A stretch of DNA of 64,000 nt from a virus (IMGVR_UViG_3300028840_001821); one strand, 5' to 3'. Counted from the stretch's first letter, positions 31,333-42,129 are shown. A program made the numbers and translations. Notes: generated by a model not told the origin, from the letters alone.

Positions 31333-31932
31333 ATGGTTCTACCGTCTGGGACGCAGTTCGGATTATATTCCGCCAATTCCACAGAACGAGAAAAAGAAAT
31401 TACACAGGTAATCGAACTTGTAGTCAACATCAAGAAGAGTGCTTACGTAGGTGGAATGTATGATGACGACGATCTAGCGCAGGAACTTCGCATGAGACTA
31501 CTAAGGGCAGCAGAGAATCTGGATGCAGAAGCGCCGCCCTATAACTACCTCATGCGTTGTGCCGACAACTTTATCATCGACAAACGACGAGGCGTCTACC
31601 AGTACAACAATCCACCGTGTTCAGTTTGCGCCGCAGGCGGAGGGTGCCAACCCGACGGGAGCCAGTGTGCCGACTGGAGACGATACGAGAAGAATCTGCA
31701 CACCAAGAGGCAGATCGACAGCCCCATTCCACTAGGTGATTCCGACGTTCCGCAGTTCGACGTGACGTATGAGACCATTGTTGCGCGGGAACTGCACGAG
31801 CGGATCATCGCCGCCCTCCCATCCAGCCTACTTAAACCCTACCACAACATGATTACGGGCGGAGACGTATCAACGATGCAGCGGAACAAGATCCGTGCAA
31901 TTGTGAGGAAGTTGATGGAATATGACAGGTAG
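31333..31932 (+). CDS. sigma-factor-like protein (regions 2 and 4) with Cys-rich insert
   Basis: Region-2-like ..PYNYLMRCADNFIIDKRR.., region-4.2-like ..GGDVSTMQRNKIRAIVRKLMEY, and an internal CSVCAAGGGCQPDGSQC segment. Confidence 0.45.
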   Translation: MVLPSGTQFGLYSANSTEREKEITQVIELVVNIKKSAYVGGMYDDDDLAQELRMRLLRAAENLDAEAPPYNYLMRCADNFIIDKRRGVYQYNNPPCSVCAAGGGCQPDGSQCADWRRYEKNLHTKRQIDSPIPLGDSDVPQFDVTYETIVARELHERIIAALPSSLLKPYHNMITGGDVSTMQRNKIRAIVRKLMEYDR

Positions 31933-32746
31933 CACTCCACTACAGCGACGTATCGCGGAGTTGCTTAAAGAGAACGCGGGGAAGACGGGGATCGATAAAC
32001 TGGTTGCCAACGAGGTTGGTGCCAGCCCTGAGACCGTGCGGCAGATTAGGCGCAAGCTTGGTATCGCCGCAGGGAAGAGGGGTCGTCCGGCTAAGAAGAA
32101 AGCGCCAGCGAAGCCGTCGGCTCCAGTAGCGACGGTCAAGGAGAGTCTTGCTCGCCCTGGCGACGAACTCACCCGGGCGGAGCGAATGCAGCGTCTTGAA
32201 GATCGTTTCAAGACTGATCCCAAATATGCCCACTACCTAGAGTCCATTTTCGATAAGGACGAGAAGGTCGCGTTCCTCAAGCAATTCATCGATATCGTGA
32301 CCGATCTTGACACGCTGGACTCCTTCGAAGAAGCCCACCTTTTCATTGCCCTTGCCCAATTCATTCTAGCCCTACGGTATGCGAAGAAGTATCGCCAACA
32401 GCAGGAGGCGTTCGACCGCTATCTCAAGGGCAACTTCGATCCGGCTGCACCCAACATTAAGGCGCTCATCCGCGACGTGCCACCCGACGAGGCGCTCATG
32501 GAGGAGTTTAACAAGAAGAGCGCGTTGTTCAACCAGTTCCGCGAGAAGTTCGCCCGTGTACAGGAGGAGAAGCGTCGCCGCGTTACCAAGGGGCGCGAGA
32601 CCTTCGCTGACTACATGGAGTACTACAGCGACAAGGAGAAGCAACGCGAGGCTATGCGCGACATCCTCGACATGAACAAGGCTACCGACGAAGAGTTGAA
32701 GCGCATGATGGAAAACAACGAATTGCTAGGTGGTTTTGATGGCTAA
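31922..32746 (+). CDS. DNA-binding protein (N-terminal HTH), possible small terminase
   Basis: N-terminal HTH ..IDKLVANEVGASPETVRQIRRKLG.. plus a Lys-rich linker. It sits two genes upstream of terminase large subunit. Confidence 0.35.
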   Translation: MTGSTPLQRRIAELLKENAGKTGIDKLVANEVGASPETVRQIRRKLGIAAGKRGRPAKKKAPAKPSAPVATVKESLARPGDELTRAERMQRLEDRFKTDPKYAHYLESIFDKDEKVAFLKQFIDIVTDLDTLDSFEEAHLFIALAQFILALRYAKKYRQQQEAFDRYLKGNFDPAAPNIKALIRDVPPDEALMEEFNKKSALFNQFREKFARVQEEKRRRVTKGRETFADYMEYYSDKEKQREAMRDILDMNKATDEELKRMMENNELLGGFDG

Positions 32747-33326
32747 GGCAATGTCTCGTATCACAATCATCCGTGACACCCGCGAGAAGGAGGGTCACGG
32801 TTGGAAATGGGACAAGCGTAGCACATGGTGTGAGAAGACCGAGAAGGCGGCTCTAAAGACTGGCGACTACATAATCAAGGAACTCCCCAATCTCATCGTC
32901 ATCGAGAGAAAGGCGGATTACCGCGAGTTGTGTATGAACTTCACATCCAAAGAGTATCGGAGGAGACTCTTCGAAGAGCTTGACAGGATGCAGGAGTTTC
33001 GCTTCAAATTTATCATCGTAGAATGCACGTTCGACGAGGCGATGGACCGCAATAGCTATCGCTACCTGAAAGCCGGACGTATTCGGAACAATGCCCCCAC
33101 AATCCTACTCGGTACTATTGCGGCGATCCACCTCAAATATGGCGTCCACGTCATCTTTGCTGGTAAACGAGGAAAAGAGTATGCGTCCAGGTTATTCCTG
33201 AAGGCGTTTGAATACTACATGAAAGAAGAAGCAGATGAACATGGGTCCGCAGGAAGTTCACAGCAAGGTTCTGGAGAAGATCCTAAGAGTTCAGCAGCTA
33301 GTGGAGATGGAAAAGCAGGCGATTAG
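32739..33326 (+). CDS. ERCC4-type (XPF/Mus81/Hef-like) nuclease domain protein
   Basis: The ERCC4 hallmark motifs ..ITIIRDTREKEG.. and ..LIVIERKADYREL.. (ERK..D) are present. Confidence 0.5.
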   Translation: MAKAMSRITIIRDTREKEGHGWKWDKRSTWCEKTEKAALKTGDYIIKELPNLIVIERKADYRELCMNFTSKEYRRRLFEELDRMQEFRFKFIIVECTFDEAMDRNSYRYLKAGRIRNNAPTILLGTIAAIHLKYGVHVIFAGKRGKEYASRLFLKAFEYYMKEEADEHGSAGSSQQGSGEDPKSSAASGDGKAGD

Positions 33327-33477
33327 GCGTGCCATTGCGGAGGCACATACAGAGTTGGATGAGGATGCTTGGAACGAGCATAGTCGTATCGCAATCTTTC
33401 TCGCGCTGAAGGACTCACAGATGCGCGAGATCGGAGAGCGCCTCATCATCGAGGAGGAAGACGAGGAGATTTTATGA
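33235..33477 (+). CDS. possible small protein
   Basis: 80-aa ORF overlapping the ERCC4 gene end by 90 nt (alternative ATG at 33305). Its stop overlaps the terminase large subunit ATG. Confidence 0.3.
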   Translation: MNMGPQEVHSKVLEKILRVQQLVEMEKQAIRRAIAEAHTELDEDAWNEHSRIAIFLALKDSQMREIGERLIIEEEDEEIL

Positions 33478-35579
33478 CCCTCTGGGTACCTGGTACCACC
33501 GGTCTTAACGCCGATGATATCGAGAGCATCTTTCACACAGCAGACACGCCGCTGGAGGCGATCGTCAAGCTAGGGCGCACCAACCTATCATGGCTGGTCC
33601 GCCTACTAATGTGTGCGCCTGACGGCACGGGTGATCCGCTCATCCTTATGCCATTCCAGAGCGTGATGCTAGAGCTTCTGTGGAATAAGAAGTTCCCCAT
33701 GATTCTGGCATGTCGTGGTGCTGGTAAGACCTTCATGCTGGGGGTATACGCTTTGCTCCGCGCCATCCTAGTGCCCGGTGAGGAAATCCTGATCGTTGGT
33801 AAAGCGTTCCGTCAGTCCAAGAAGGTGTTTGAGTACGTCGAGAAACTCTACAACAACTCCCCCTTGATCAAAGAGCTTGTAGACAAGAGCCTAAAGAGGT
33901 TTAATACGAAACGGAAGGATGCCATTTCTCACGGTAGTGACCGGTATGAAATGTACATCGGGCTCTCTAAGATCATTGCACTTCCGATCGGCGACGGCGA
34001 GAGCATCCGTGGTCAGCGTGCGACGACACTCCTCGTAGACGAGTTTGCTTCTGTTAATGAGGAAGTGCTAGAGATCGTCATCACCCCGTTCCTGTCAGTT
34101 CATAAGAACCCGCAGAAGCGTGCGGCTATGAATAAGTTTCTGAAGCGCCTTGAGTCTTTAGGAGCACCAGATGATCTAATCAACAAGATGTTGAAGCTAC
34201 AGGGAAGGGGCAACCAGATGGTTATTTCTGGTACCGCTTCTTCGCAGTTCAACCACTTCTACCGCTACTACCTCCAGTACAAAGACATCATCAATAGCAA
34301 GGGCGACGGTCGAATCATCCGCAAGGCGATGGGTCAAACTGCGCAGGGTACGGCGGATGCCATCCCGGATGAGATCATCGAGTCAGTATGCCGCACCTGG
34401 AGAGATTATTCTGTTTACCAGGTTCCGTATACTTCCATGCCAGAGGGCTATCTAGACGATGCGATGGTGGCTCGTAACCGACTAATGTTCACACGCGCTC
34501 GTTTCCGCCAAGAGTACGAGTGCCAGTTTCCTGACGACACCGGAGGTTTTATTCCTTACGGGCTCATCAAGGAGTCAAGCCCCATCGGCGAGGAGCAGAT
34601 TGTTCCCGAGCTATACGGCGAGCCTGGAGCCCGCTATGTTATGGGTATTGACCCCGCTCGTTTGAAGGACTACTTCGGCATCGTCATCTTGAAGCTGCGT
34701 GGCTCTTCCTCCCAGCTTGTTTATGCCAAGTCGTTCTACCGCCGCGAGTTCACCAAGATCGTACCCCACATCGTTGACCTGACCAAGCGGTTCAACATCG
34801 TGCGGATCTTGATGGATAACGCCGGTGGTGGTATTCACGTGAAGGATATGTTGAAGGATCCGAATCACATCTCCAAGAAGGAAGACATGATCTTCGATAT
34901 GGACGACCTTGAGTCGCGCCATAAGCCTTATGGGCGCAAGATTCTTCAGGTGCAGAACTTCAGCAATCAATGGGTGGACGAGGCGATCAACGCCATGAAG
35001 TCCGACATTGAGCACAAGCGCCTAATGTTCCCCCTGCCGAGCCTAGTCAACTCTGACGAGGTGCTCATGAATCAGTATGCCAGGGCTATACGTAAGGTTC
35101 CTGGTGAGATCTTCACTCGGGGTGCGAATGGTCAGTGGTCCTCTGAGTCCTCTGATATTCTAAACCGCTTGAATGATGAATTTTTGGGAGAGGAAAACGA
35201 CGAAGGAGACGTGATCGAGGATGGCGTCATGAAGCATATCGATGAGACGATTCTGGAGACCTGTGCCATCGAGCAGCAGGGTATCCCGGGGTCTCAGTCT
35301 GTGAAGTATGACCTGCCCAAGATCTCGACCTCGGACGCGGCGGATGATGTTCGCCACCGAGACCGTTACACTGCTCTGTTACTAGCCTCCCAGGCGGCGC
35401 GTATTGAGATGTCGCTGGGTCGTTCAAGTTCATCTATTCCGTCTGAGGGTGCTGTTGCCGGACGTCCGGGAGCCCATCGCCAGCGCGGTTCACACAGGGT
35501 TAGCAAGCAGGGTTCGATGAGGATCGTGGATTATAGCGATCATTACAAAAAAATGAGATCTAGACGCCCCAGATCGTAG
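33474..35579 (+). CDS. terL: terminase large subunit
   Basis: Walker A ..ACRGAGKTFMLG.., Walker B ..TLLVDEFASV.., and a C-terminal nuclease region (..MGIDPAR..ILMDNAGGG..). 701 aa. Confidence 0.8.
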   Translation: MTLWVPGTTGLNADDIESIFHTADTPLEAIVKLGRTNLSWLVRLLMCAPDGTGDPLILMPFQSVMLELLWNKKFPMILACRGAGKTFMLGVYALLRAILVPGEEILIVGKAFRQSKKVFEYVEKLYNNSPLIKELVDKSLKRFNTKRKDAISHGSDRYEMYIGLSKIIALPIGDGESIRGQRATTLLVDEFASVNEEVLEIVITPFLSVHKNPQKRAAMNKFLKRLESLGAPDDLINKMLKLQGRGNQMVISGTASSQFNHFYRYYLQYKDIINSKGDGRIIRKAMGQTAQGTADAIPDEIIESVCRTWRDYSVYQVPYTSMPEGYLDDAMVARNRLMFTRARFRQEYECQFPDDTGGFIPYGLIKESSPIGEEQIVPELYGEPGARYVMGIDPARLKDYFGIVILKLRGSSSQLVYAKSFYRREFTKIVPHIVDLTKRFNIVRILMDNAGGGIHVKDMLKDPNHISKKEDMIFDMDDLESRHKPYGRKILQVQNFSNQWVDEAINAMKSDIEHKRLMFPLPSLVNSDEVLMNQYARAIRKVPGEIFTRGANGQWSSESSDILNRLNDEFLGEENDEGDVIEDGVMKHIDETILETCAIEQQGIPGSQSVKYDLPKISTSDAADDVRHRDRYTALLLASQAARIEMSLGRSSSSIPSEGAVAGRPGAHRQRGSHRVSKQGSMRIVDYSDHYKKMRSRRPRS

Positions 35580-35613
35580 CGTTTATCGTATAATACAGTA
35601 GGGGGTTCCCGAA

Positions 35614-38043
35614 ATGTCAAGAAAAAGAAATAAAAGTCGCGCCAATGCGCGCAAGCGCACTCATGCAAGTGCGAAATATGAAGATGCGATCGAGCGGGGT
35701 TTGGCTGCTAACGCTAGACTAGCTGGGGTCGATCTCAACGAACTGCGTAATTCCCGTATGTCGCGGGCTTACCTGGGCGACCAGCATCCTGGTGCCAGGA
35801 TCTCCCGTACCCCGTTTCTAGAGGAAGACACATACGAGAATGCTTTTATCACTCGCCGGAAGAGTGTTCAAAATGAACTTGACGACAAGGATCGCTTCAA
35901 GTTCCATCGCCGTTCTCTGATCGCACGTGTCAACCATGATATCATTGCGGCGTGCCGGATTGCATATCGCAACTATGGTATGGTCCGTACTGTGGTAGAC
36001 TTGATGTCCAACTTCATCTCGAAGCTGCATATCACCCACCCGGACCCTCAGTGGCGTCGGTTCTATCGCTCCTGGGCTGCTAAAGTTCAACTAAACGAGC
36101 GCCTCAGCACATTTACCCGCGACATCCTCGTGGGTGGGCAGGCGTTCATTTTCCGTTCAATGGCTACCATCACGCAGGAGCAGCGTCGCCTAATGCGTCG
36201 GGCTGTTGCGGAGAACGCTCCGGTCAAGGAGCCTACTTACACGATCGTCGGCAATGAGCTACTAGTTGACTACGGAGATGAGTCCGGAGTCATTAGTCCG
36301 CAGATTCGTGGATTGGGTGAGGACTTCACAGGTAAGACCAAGCGCGTCAAGAAGAACACGGTGCCGTGGTCTTATACTTCGCTCAACCCGCTCCAGATCG
36401 AGCCGACCGGTGGTGTCGTGAAGGGTCAGCAGCAATTCAAGTTCCTAATCCGCTCTGATGACCTAGACAAGCTCGGTAACATCGGAAGAGATCTAGACGG
36501 AGACCGGGGTAAGGGTGGAAGCAACACGTCCACCTCTCCGAACCGTTATCGTGGATACATTGACGAGGGCGAGACCCGCGAGAATATGCCGGAGGAGTTC
36601 GGCAAGCGGATCAAGAAGGCAGAGTCTCCGTTCGGTGACTACGACAGCGAGGTTGACATCCCGAACGAGCGCCTATACGTCATCTACGACAAGAAGTTCG
36701 ATTGGGAGCAGTGGGCGGTACCGATGGTGTATCCGGCACTGAAAAACCTGAAGATCAAGGAACTTCTACGTGCGATGGAAGCACGTGCAGCCGAATCCTT
36801 CATTGCTTCTCTGTTACTAGTGAAGTTGGGTTACGTCGATCCGAAGACTGGCGAGATCATTGGTCCTCCGACCGGTGTTGTAGACGACGTTGCCGACCTG
36901 ATCGCGGCTGCTGCGGAATCTAGCCACTTGATTTGGGCGACGCCCGATATCGAGATGGAGTATGTGCAGCCGGATCTATCTCAGATCTTCAATAAGGATA
37001 AGACTGCCGGTGTCGATGCTGACATTCTGGCTGACCTTGGTGCTTCTGAGGTAGTGGTCAACGGTCGTGGTGGCGGAAACTACAGCAACGCTTTCCTGAG
37101 TGTTGCCGCCATGCTTGAGCGACTTGAGACCATCCGCGAGCACTTGCGCCGCTGGGTGACGCATGAGTTGATGCTACTATCCCGCGCCGTTGGAGATAAC
37201 AAGGTTCCCTCTATTCGCTTCGAGGTTACCTCACTACGTGACCCGCGAGTCATGAACGACTTCATGGTCAAGTTGACTCAGATGAACGTGATCTCTCGTC
37301 GTACTCTCCTTGAGTATGCGAACCTTGACGCCGACGTCGAGAACGCAGAGGTCAACCATGAGCAGGATCTCATCAAGAAGGGTGAGCTACCGCCGCTCAA
37401 GGGTCCGTTCAAGGACGAGATCGACACCAAGGTCACGGAAGAGAGGATGCGCGAAGACGAGGATGGCGTTCTACCGTCCAACGAGGAGCAGACAGAGCGC
37501 GAGGTCCAGAAGACCGAAAAGATGGGGGAGGTTCAGAAGAAGCTCAACCCGCCTGGGGATAACCCACAAGGTCCTGGACAGCGTGGTCGTCCGACTGGCA
37601 CGGAGAAGCCGCAGTCTGTCAAGCGTGATACTAAGCCGAAGGGTATGTCCCAGAAGATCCGGATCAATAAGGGTAAATACCTGAAGTATCGCACAGAGGG
37701 CAGGCGACTGGTCAACAAGATTCTCGGGTGCTTGATGCGAAGGGCACTTGTTGCAGCCGACACGGACCGAGTTGCTGACTTGCGACCGGAGGTGCGGAAG
37801 CAAATTTGGCGTATGACTGAGCAGATTCTTGGTAATACTAAGTTTGGTGCGAGAATCACGCAGTCTTATGTCGAATCGTTCTTCACTCAGGCACCTGCTA
37901 AACTCGACAGATGTGTGCAGGACGTATTCAAGCAGAAGGTGGCGTCATTCCGGAAGAAGAATGGCAAGGCACCGACTGGCAAGAAGCGCAAGGAGCTTCT
38001 AAGTTCTGCTTGGGCGATTTGTAGAAGCTCTTTGAAGAAATAA
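35614..38043 (+). CDS. portal protein (putative)
   Basis: 809-aa protein immediately downstream of terminase large subunit, with a basic N-terminus and a long acidic/Lys-rich C-terminus. The call rests on position and size. Confidence 0.55.
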   Translation: MSRKRNKSRANARKRTHASAKYEDAIERGLAANARLAGVDLNELRNSRMSRAYLGDQHPGARISRTPFLEEDTYENAFITRRKSVQNELDDKDRFKFHRRSLIARVNHDIIAACRIAYRNYGMVRTVVDLMSNFISKLHITHPDPQWRRFYRSWAAKVQLNERLSTFTRDILVGGQAFIFRSMATITQEQRRLMRRAVAENAPVKEPTYTIVGNELLVDYGDESGVISPQIRGLGEDFTGKTKRVKKNTVPWSYTSLNPLQIEPTGGVVKGQQQFKFLIRSDDLDKLGNIGRDLDGDRGKGGSNTSTSPNRYRGYIDEGETRENMPEEFGKRIKKAESPFGDYDSEVDIPNERLYVIYDKKFDWEQWAVPMVYPALKNLKIKELLRAMEARAAESFIASLLLVKLGYVDPKTGEIIGPPTGVVDDVADLIAAAAESSHLIWATPDIEMEYVQPDLSQIFNKDKTAGVDADILADLGASEVVVNGRGGGNYSNAFLSVAAMLERLETIREHLRRWVTHELMLLSRAVGDNKVPSIRFEVTSLRDPRVMNDFMVKLTQMNVISRRTLLEYANLDADVENAEVNHEQDLIKKGELPPLKGPFKDEIDTKVTEERMREDEDGVLPSNEEQTEREVQKTEKMGEVQKKLNPPGDNPQGPGQRGRPTGTEKPQSVKRDTKPKGMSQKIRINKGKYLKYRTEGRRLVNKILGCLMRRALVAADTDRVADLRPEVRKQIWRMTEQILGNTKFGARITQSYVESFFTQAPAKLDRCVQDVFKQKVASFRKKNGKAPTGKKRKELLSSAWAICRSSLKK

Positions 38044-38057
38044 AGGGGGTGTAGCGA

Positions 38058-38309
38058 ATGTCTACTCCGACTGGTCCGTTCGAGCCGAAGGATCCTCAGA
38101 AGAACCGAGGACACCTGGTTGTTATGAAGAACGGCGGTAGTATGATTACCGTGACCACGAAGAAGATCAAAGCCGCCGACAATACGACTAAAGCCAAGGG
38201 TGAGGTCGTAGCGCGGACAATCATCCGTCGTGATCCGACCGATCGTACGAAGCACGTGACTAGCAATGACTATGGAACCAGCCCGTCTGGTACCTCAGAT
38301 ACGAACTAA
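38058..38309 (+). CDS. hypothetical protein
   Basis: 83 aa. Confidence 0.4.
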   Translation: MSTPTGPFEPKDPQKNRGHLVVMKNGGSMITVTTKKIKAADNTTKAKGEVVARTIIRRDPTDRTKHVTSNDYGTSPSGTSDTN

Positions 38310-38388
38310 ATCATTTTTTAACTGGTATACATGAATTTTTATCGTATAAATAGTTAGAAGGGATCTATTTTCACTTTAGGGGGTCTCC

Positions 38389-40326
38389 ATGTCTAAGAAG
38401 GTCGTCTTGAAGGCGAAAGCTTCGGTTATCGAGGCTCCGGCGGTAATAGATGAACAAGTTACCGCTTCGCTCGCCAAGGCTTCCGGTGACGACGGCGTGA
38501 ACCAGGAGGATTTGCTCCACGTTCGCAGCACGATGGTCACTAGTGGGGCGAACCGCAACAAAGACTTCTTCTTGAAAGATGAACTTTGGGCGGCTCGGAA
38601 GTCACCTCTGCACAAGCCTTCTGATTGGGACCATGACCGCAAGCGGATCGTGGGTCACATCTACCGGGTTGAGGCTCGGACAATCGAAGGTGAAGAGCTT
38701 GATCTTGAAGCGGATCGTCCGACCCTAAAGGATGGTACGCTCTATGACGGCGATTTCGAACTTATCGTGGATAAGGTCGTATACGCCGCGCTACTACCTG
38801 AGTATGCTGAAGCCATTAAGCGGCTGTCGGCGATGGGTCAACTTCACGTAAGCATGGAAGCATGGTTTGATAGCTATGACTTCGTGACATGGGAAGATGA
38901 CTCCGACCTGTCAGAAGCTCGCCTTGTAGATGATATCGAATTTGAACTTCACGCCCGGGATGAGAATCCTGAGTGGGAGGACAAGCTGATCACGTCTGGC
39001 AAGGATGGCAACGGGAAGCTGGAGGACGGACGCTGTGTGGGTCGTGCGCTGAAGGACATTATCTTCGGCGGCATTGGCTACGTTGGCGTTCCCGGCAACC
39101 CGCGCTCTGATATCCACGCGGTATCTGAGAAGGCGATCTCTGAGGAAGAGTCCTCTGAGACCCCGGCTCTAGCCCGCTTGGATGGCGGAACGTTCGAAGG
39201 CAAGGAGCGCAGTGAAGCGGCTGAAAAGGGCGAGGATTGGACTCATAAGTACAATATCGCTTTCACGATGTTCGGCGGCGGGCACAAGTCCGACGTCGCT
39301 ATCATGGGTGAGGTCGTATCACGAGGTGGCGTGGAAGCGGCGATAAGAGCCTTGAAGGAGAATATCTTCCCGAGGTTGCCGCAACTGGCGATGGCAGTTA
39401 TCAAGGAGATGGATTTGGATTCGGATCTGAATCCTGTCCCGTGGCACAAGTCCATCAGCGCCATTGAGGATGAAAACAAAGTAGTGTATTCTTGCTCTTA
39501 CGAGTTCGAGCGCGAGCCCGAGCCTGAAGAGGAGGAACAGGAGTCTCAGCCGAGCGTCTTGGCTGAGAGTGTTACCGCCGAATTGGTGGCGGATGATGTT
39601 CAGGAGGTGGACATGAACGCTGATCTTCAGGAGCTACAGACTAGGCTCGCAGAGCTTGAGTCTGAGAATGCGCGTCTGAAGGAGGAGCAGGCAAACGCTG
39701 CTTCCGTCGCCGAAGAGGCGGCTCGTATGGAGAAGGTTGACGCGCTTCTCAAGACCGTAGCAACACCGACAGAGATCGCTCGTATCGACGAGGCGATCCA
39801 GAGTGGTCGTGACCCGTTTGAGGCAAAGCTAGCTTTCATCAAGGAATCCCGCGAGCAAGCTGGCACCGCAATTGCGGCGCTTCAGGGGGAAATCGAGAAG
39901 TTCCGTCTACGTGATCGTATCGAGCAGGTCAAGGGTCTCAACCTTTACACGGATGAGAAGCTTGAGAAGGTTCGTGACGCGGTTGCGAAGATGGATGACG
40001 AGGCTTTCGCCGAATGGCTAGAGGAGCGCAAGGATTTTGCCGACAAGATCGCGGCTGCCACTGCCTCCGACGAGTCCGAGGTCGAGGATGCCGAGGAAGA
40101 GGTCGAGGATAGCGCCGAGCAGGCAACTGCGGCTCTAGACGACGCCGAACCCGAGGAGAAGCCGAACTTCGCGGAAACCAAGTCCGAGTCAGAGGATGCT
40201 CCCGCTGAGGCAGAGTCCAGCGAGGAGAAGGATTTCGAGGATCTTGCTGCTCTAGTAAGTGAATCGGGTAATACAGATCGTATCAAGCGTCTGCGTAAGC
40301 AGCGTGGCGACCACTTTGGTCGTTAA
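38389..40326 (+). CDS. prohead scaffolding protein, possibly fused to a prohead protease
   Basis: 645 aa. The C-terminal half is a long acidic coiled coil (..LQELQTRLAELESENARLKEEQ..), typical of scaffolds. It lies between portal and capsid. Confidence 0.4.
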   Translation: MSKKVVLKAKASVIEAPAVIDEQVTASLAKASGDDGVNQEDLLHVRSTMVTSGANRNKDFFLKDELWAARKSPLHKPSDWDHDRKRIVGHIYRVEARTIEGEELDLEADRPTLKDGTLYDGDFELIVDKVVYAALLPEYAEAIKRLSAMGQLHVSMEAWFDSYDFVTWEDDSDLSEARLVDDIEFELHARDENPEWEDKLITSGKDGNGKLEDGRCVGRALKDIIFGGIGYVGVPGNPRSDIHAVSEKAISEEESSETPALARLDGGTFEGKERSEAAEKGEDWTHKYNIAFTMFGGGHKSDVAIMGEVVSRGGVEAAIRALKENIFPRLPQLAMAVIKEMDLDSDLNPVPWHKSISAIEDENKVVYSCSYEFEREPEPEEEEQESQPSVLAESVTAELVADDVQEVDMNADLQELQTRLAELESENARLKEEQANAASVAEEAARMEKVDALLKTVATPTEIARIDEAIQSGRDPFEAKLAFIKESREQAGTAIAALQGEIEKFRLRDRIEQVKGLNLYTDEKLEKVRDAVAKMDDEAFAEWLEERKDFADKIAAATASDESEVEDAEEEVEDSAEQATAALDDAEPEEKPNFAETKSESEDAPAEAESSEEKDFEDLAALVSESGNTDRIKRLRKQRGDHFGR

Positions 40327-40357
40327 TACAGTAAACCCATAGGGAGGTGTAAAAACT

Positions 40358-40867
40358 ATGGCACTCCGTCCGATTCGTCAGGTCGTTGAGACCAGCAACC
40401 AGTACCATGCGGACGCGGCGGCTGAGAGGGGCGGCATCGTCTCGCTAGCGAGTGGTCAGGTCGTTTCTTACGGCGCGACTGCTGCTGGTTCCGGTCTTCA
40501 GCCCGTGGGCGTGCTGCTAACCGACGTTGAAGATCTTAACTACTTCAACGCACCGCAGAAGCTCATGCGTTCAGTAATCGACATCGGTGGCGTTGTAGCC
40601 GTCGCAGTCGAGGGCGAGTTTGAAACCGACTTCATCGAGGATTCCGTTGAGGGAACCATCGTTGCGGGTCAGACAGCCTATCTCACAGCAGATGGTGAGC
40701 TAACAAACTCCGCTACTACAGGTGATGATCCGGCTATGCCGAATACCATCGTTAACCCTGTTGTTGGTGTATTCACCAGCAACGATCATACAACCCGTGG
40801 CGCGGGTCTTGGCTGGGTACGCTTCATGCTCCAGATCAAGCAGGGCGCAACACAGCAGCTTACTTAA
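40358..40867 (+). CDS. hypothetical head protein (paralog of 43899)
   Basis: 169 aa. Its N-terminus MALRPIRQ is shared with the 43899 gene (MALRPIRT). Confidence 0.4.
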   Translation: MALRPIRQVVETSNQYHADAAAERGGIVSLASGQVVSYGATAAGSGLQPVGVLLTDVEDLNYFNAPQKLMRSVIDIGGVVAVAVEGEFETDFIEDSVEGTIVAGQTAYLTADGELTNSATTGDDPAMPNTIVNPVVGVFTSNDHTTRGAGLGWVRFMLQIKQGATQQLT

Positions 40868-40883
40868 GAGGGGGTGATTCAGG

Positions 40884-41912
40884 ATGGCATATGATAAGCG
40901 TCTAATCGAGGCTCTACGCCGTACAGCCGATAACGATCCCGAGGTGCGCAGCAAGGCACAGCGGGCGTTCGCGGGAGCCCTGAACGCGCCCTTGCGTAAG
41001 GGCGTCATGGACGAGGACAACCTCGACGACATCTACGAGCGTCAGGTTCTAGCAGCGGGTGCGCAAGCATATTACCCGCTCGATATCGTGAAGCCGGGCG
41101 AGGAAGATAACTTCGTCGCGTTCACGTATCAGAACCAGAACCGTATTCCTGAGCGTAGGGTCGAGGCGGACGAGCTTTGGGTACCGACGTACAAGATCGC
41201 TAACGCGATGGACTGGGACGTCGATATCGCACGTGATGCTCGTTTCGATCTCGTCGGACGTGCGCTTCAGGTTTACCGTGCGGGCTTCACCCGTAAGCTC
41301 AACTACGACGGCTGGACAACCATCCTAGCCGCAGCAGTGCAGCGCGGTCTCATTGTTTCTGGTGCGAACCAAAGTTCTCTTCCGTTTACCGGTCGTAGCA
41401 TGATTTCGAGTGCTACTCTCGGTGGCGAGTTCACGAAGGAGCTAGTCTCCCGCATGATCATCACCATGCTACGTGGTGGCGGCGGCAACATGGTGAAGAC
41501 TACTCTTACTGACCTTTACCTCTCTGCCGAGGCTATCGCAGACATGCGTGCCTGGGACGCGAGTGACGTCTCTGACTTCTCTCGTCGTGAGCTAGAGGTT
41601 CAGGGCGGCGGTCAGCTTGGTCTGTCCAACATCTACGGCGTAGTTCTGCACCCGATGCAGGAGTTCGGCGTGGGTCAGGACTACCAGACGATCATCGAGG
41701 ATCTCGGGGCAACCCAGCCGAGTGGTACGACTCAGTACTGCATCGGTCTCGATCTCTCGACGGCTGACAGTTTTGTCATGCCGATTCGTCAGGAGCTAAC
41801 GACCTTTGAGGATCCGACACTACAGCGTCAGCTTCGCGCAGGCGTCTACGGTTACATGGAGCAGGGCTTCGCCTGCCTCGACAACCGTCGTGTTCTCCTA
41901 GGTGCCCACTAA
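40884..41912 (+). CDS. major capsid protein (putative)
   Basis: 342 aa in the position after the scaffold, followed by the strongest intrinsic terminator in the window. Confidence 0.5.
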   Translation: MAYDKRLIEALRRTADNDPEVRSKAQRAFAGALNAPLRKGVMDEDNLDDIYERQVLAAGAQAYYPLDIVKPGEEDNFVAFTYQNQNRIPERRVEADELWVPTYKIANAMDWDVDIARDARFDLVGRALQVYRAGFTRKLNYDGWTTILAAAVQRGLIVSGANQSSLPFTGRSMISSATLGGEFTKELVSRMIITMLRGGGGNMVKTTLTDLYLSAEAIADMRAWDASDVSDFSRRELEVQGGGQLGLSNIYGVVLHPMQEFGVGQDYQTIIEDLGATQPSGTTQYCIGLDLSTADSFVMPIRQELTTFEDPTLQRQLRAGVYGYMEQGFACLDNRRVLLGAH

Positions 41913-41935
41913 GCCTAGCTTAGTCAAAACCCAAC

Positions 41936-41968
41936 GAAGGGGCGAGTAATCGCCCCTTCTTTTTTTGT
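41936..41968 (+). terminator. rho-independent terminator
   Basis: The stem gaaggggcga-gtaa-tcgccccttc is followed by TTTTTTTG. Confidence 0.7.
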
Positions 41969-42129
41969 GCCCTGAGAGAAAGAAATGTTTTTTTGAACTT
42001 GTCATTTATCGTATATTATATTGGAGGGATGCTACTTCGGTGTTTCATGGCGCGGACACCGTAGTCTGCGGGTGCGGGCAGTAGTTATCATTACTTGATT
42101 TACAGCCTACCACGTCGTAGGAGAAGGTC

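Noticed and set aside
33474-38043. Looked for an integrase or attP to explain the tRNA-like 3' halves at 8259 and 11481
   Set aside because: No tyrosine or serine recombinase signature is visible anywhere in the window. The tRNA-like elements are kept as candidate ncRNAs rather than att sites.
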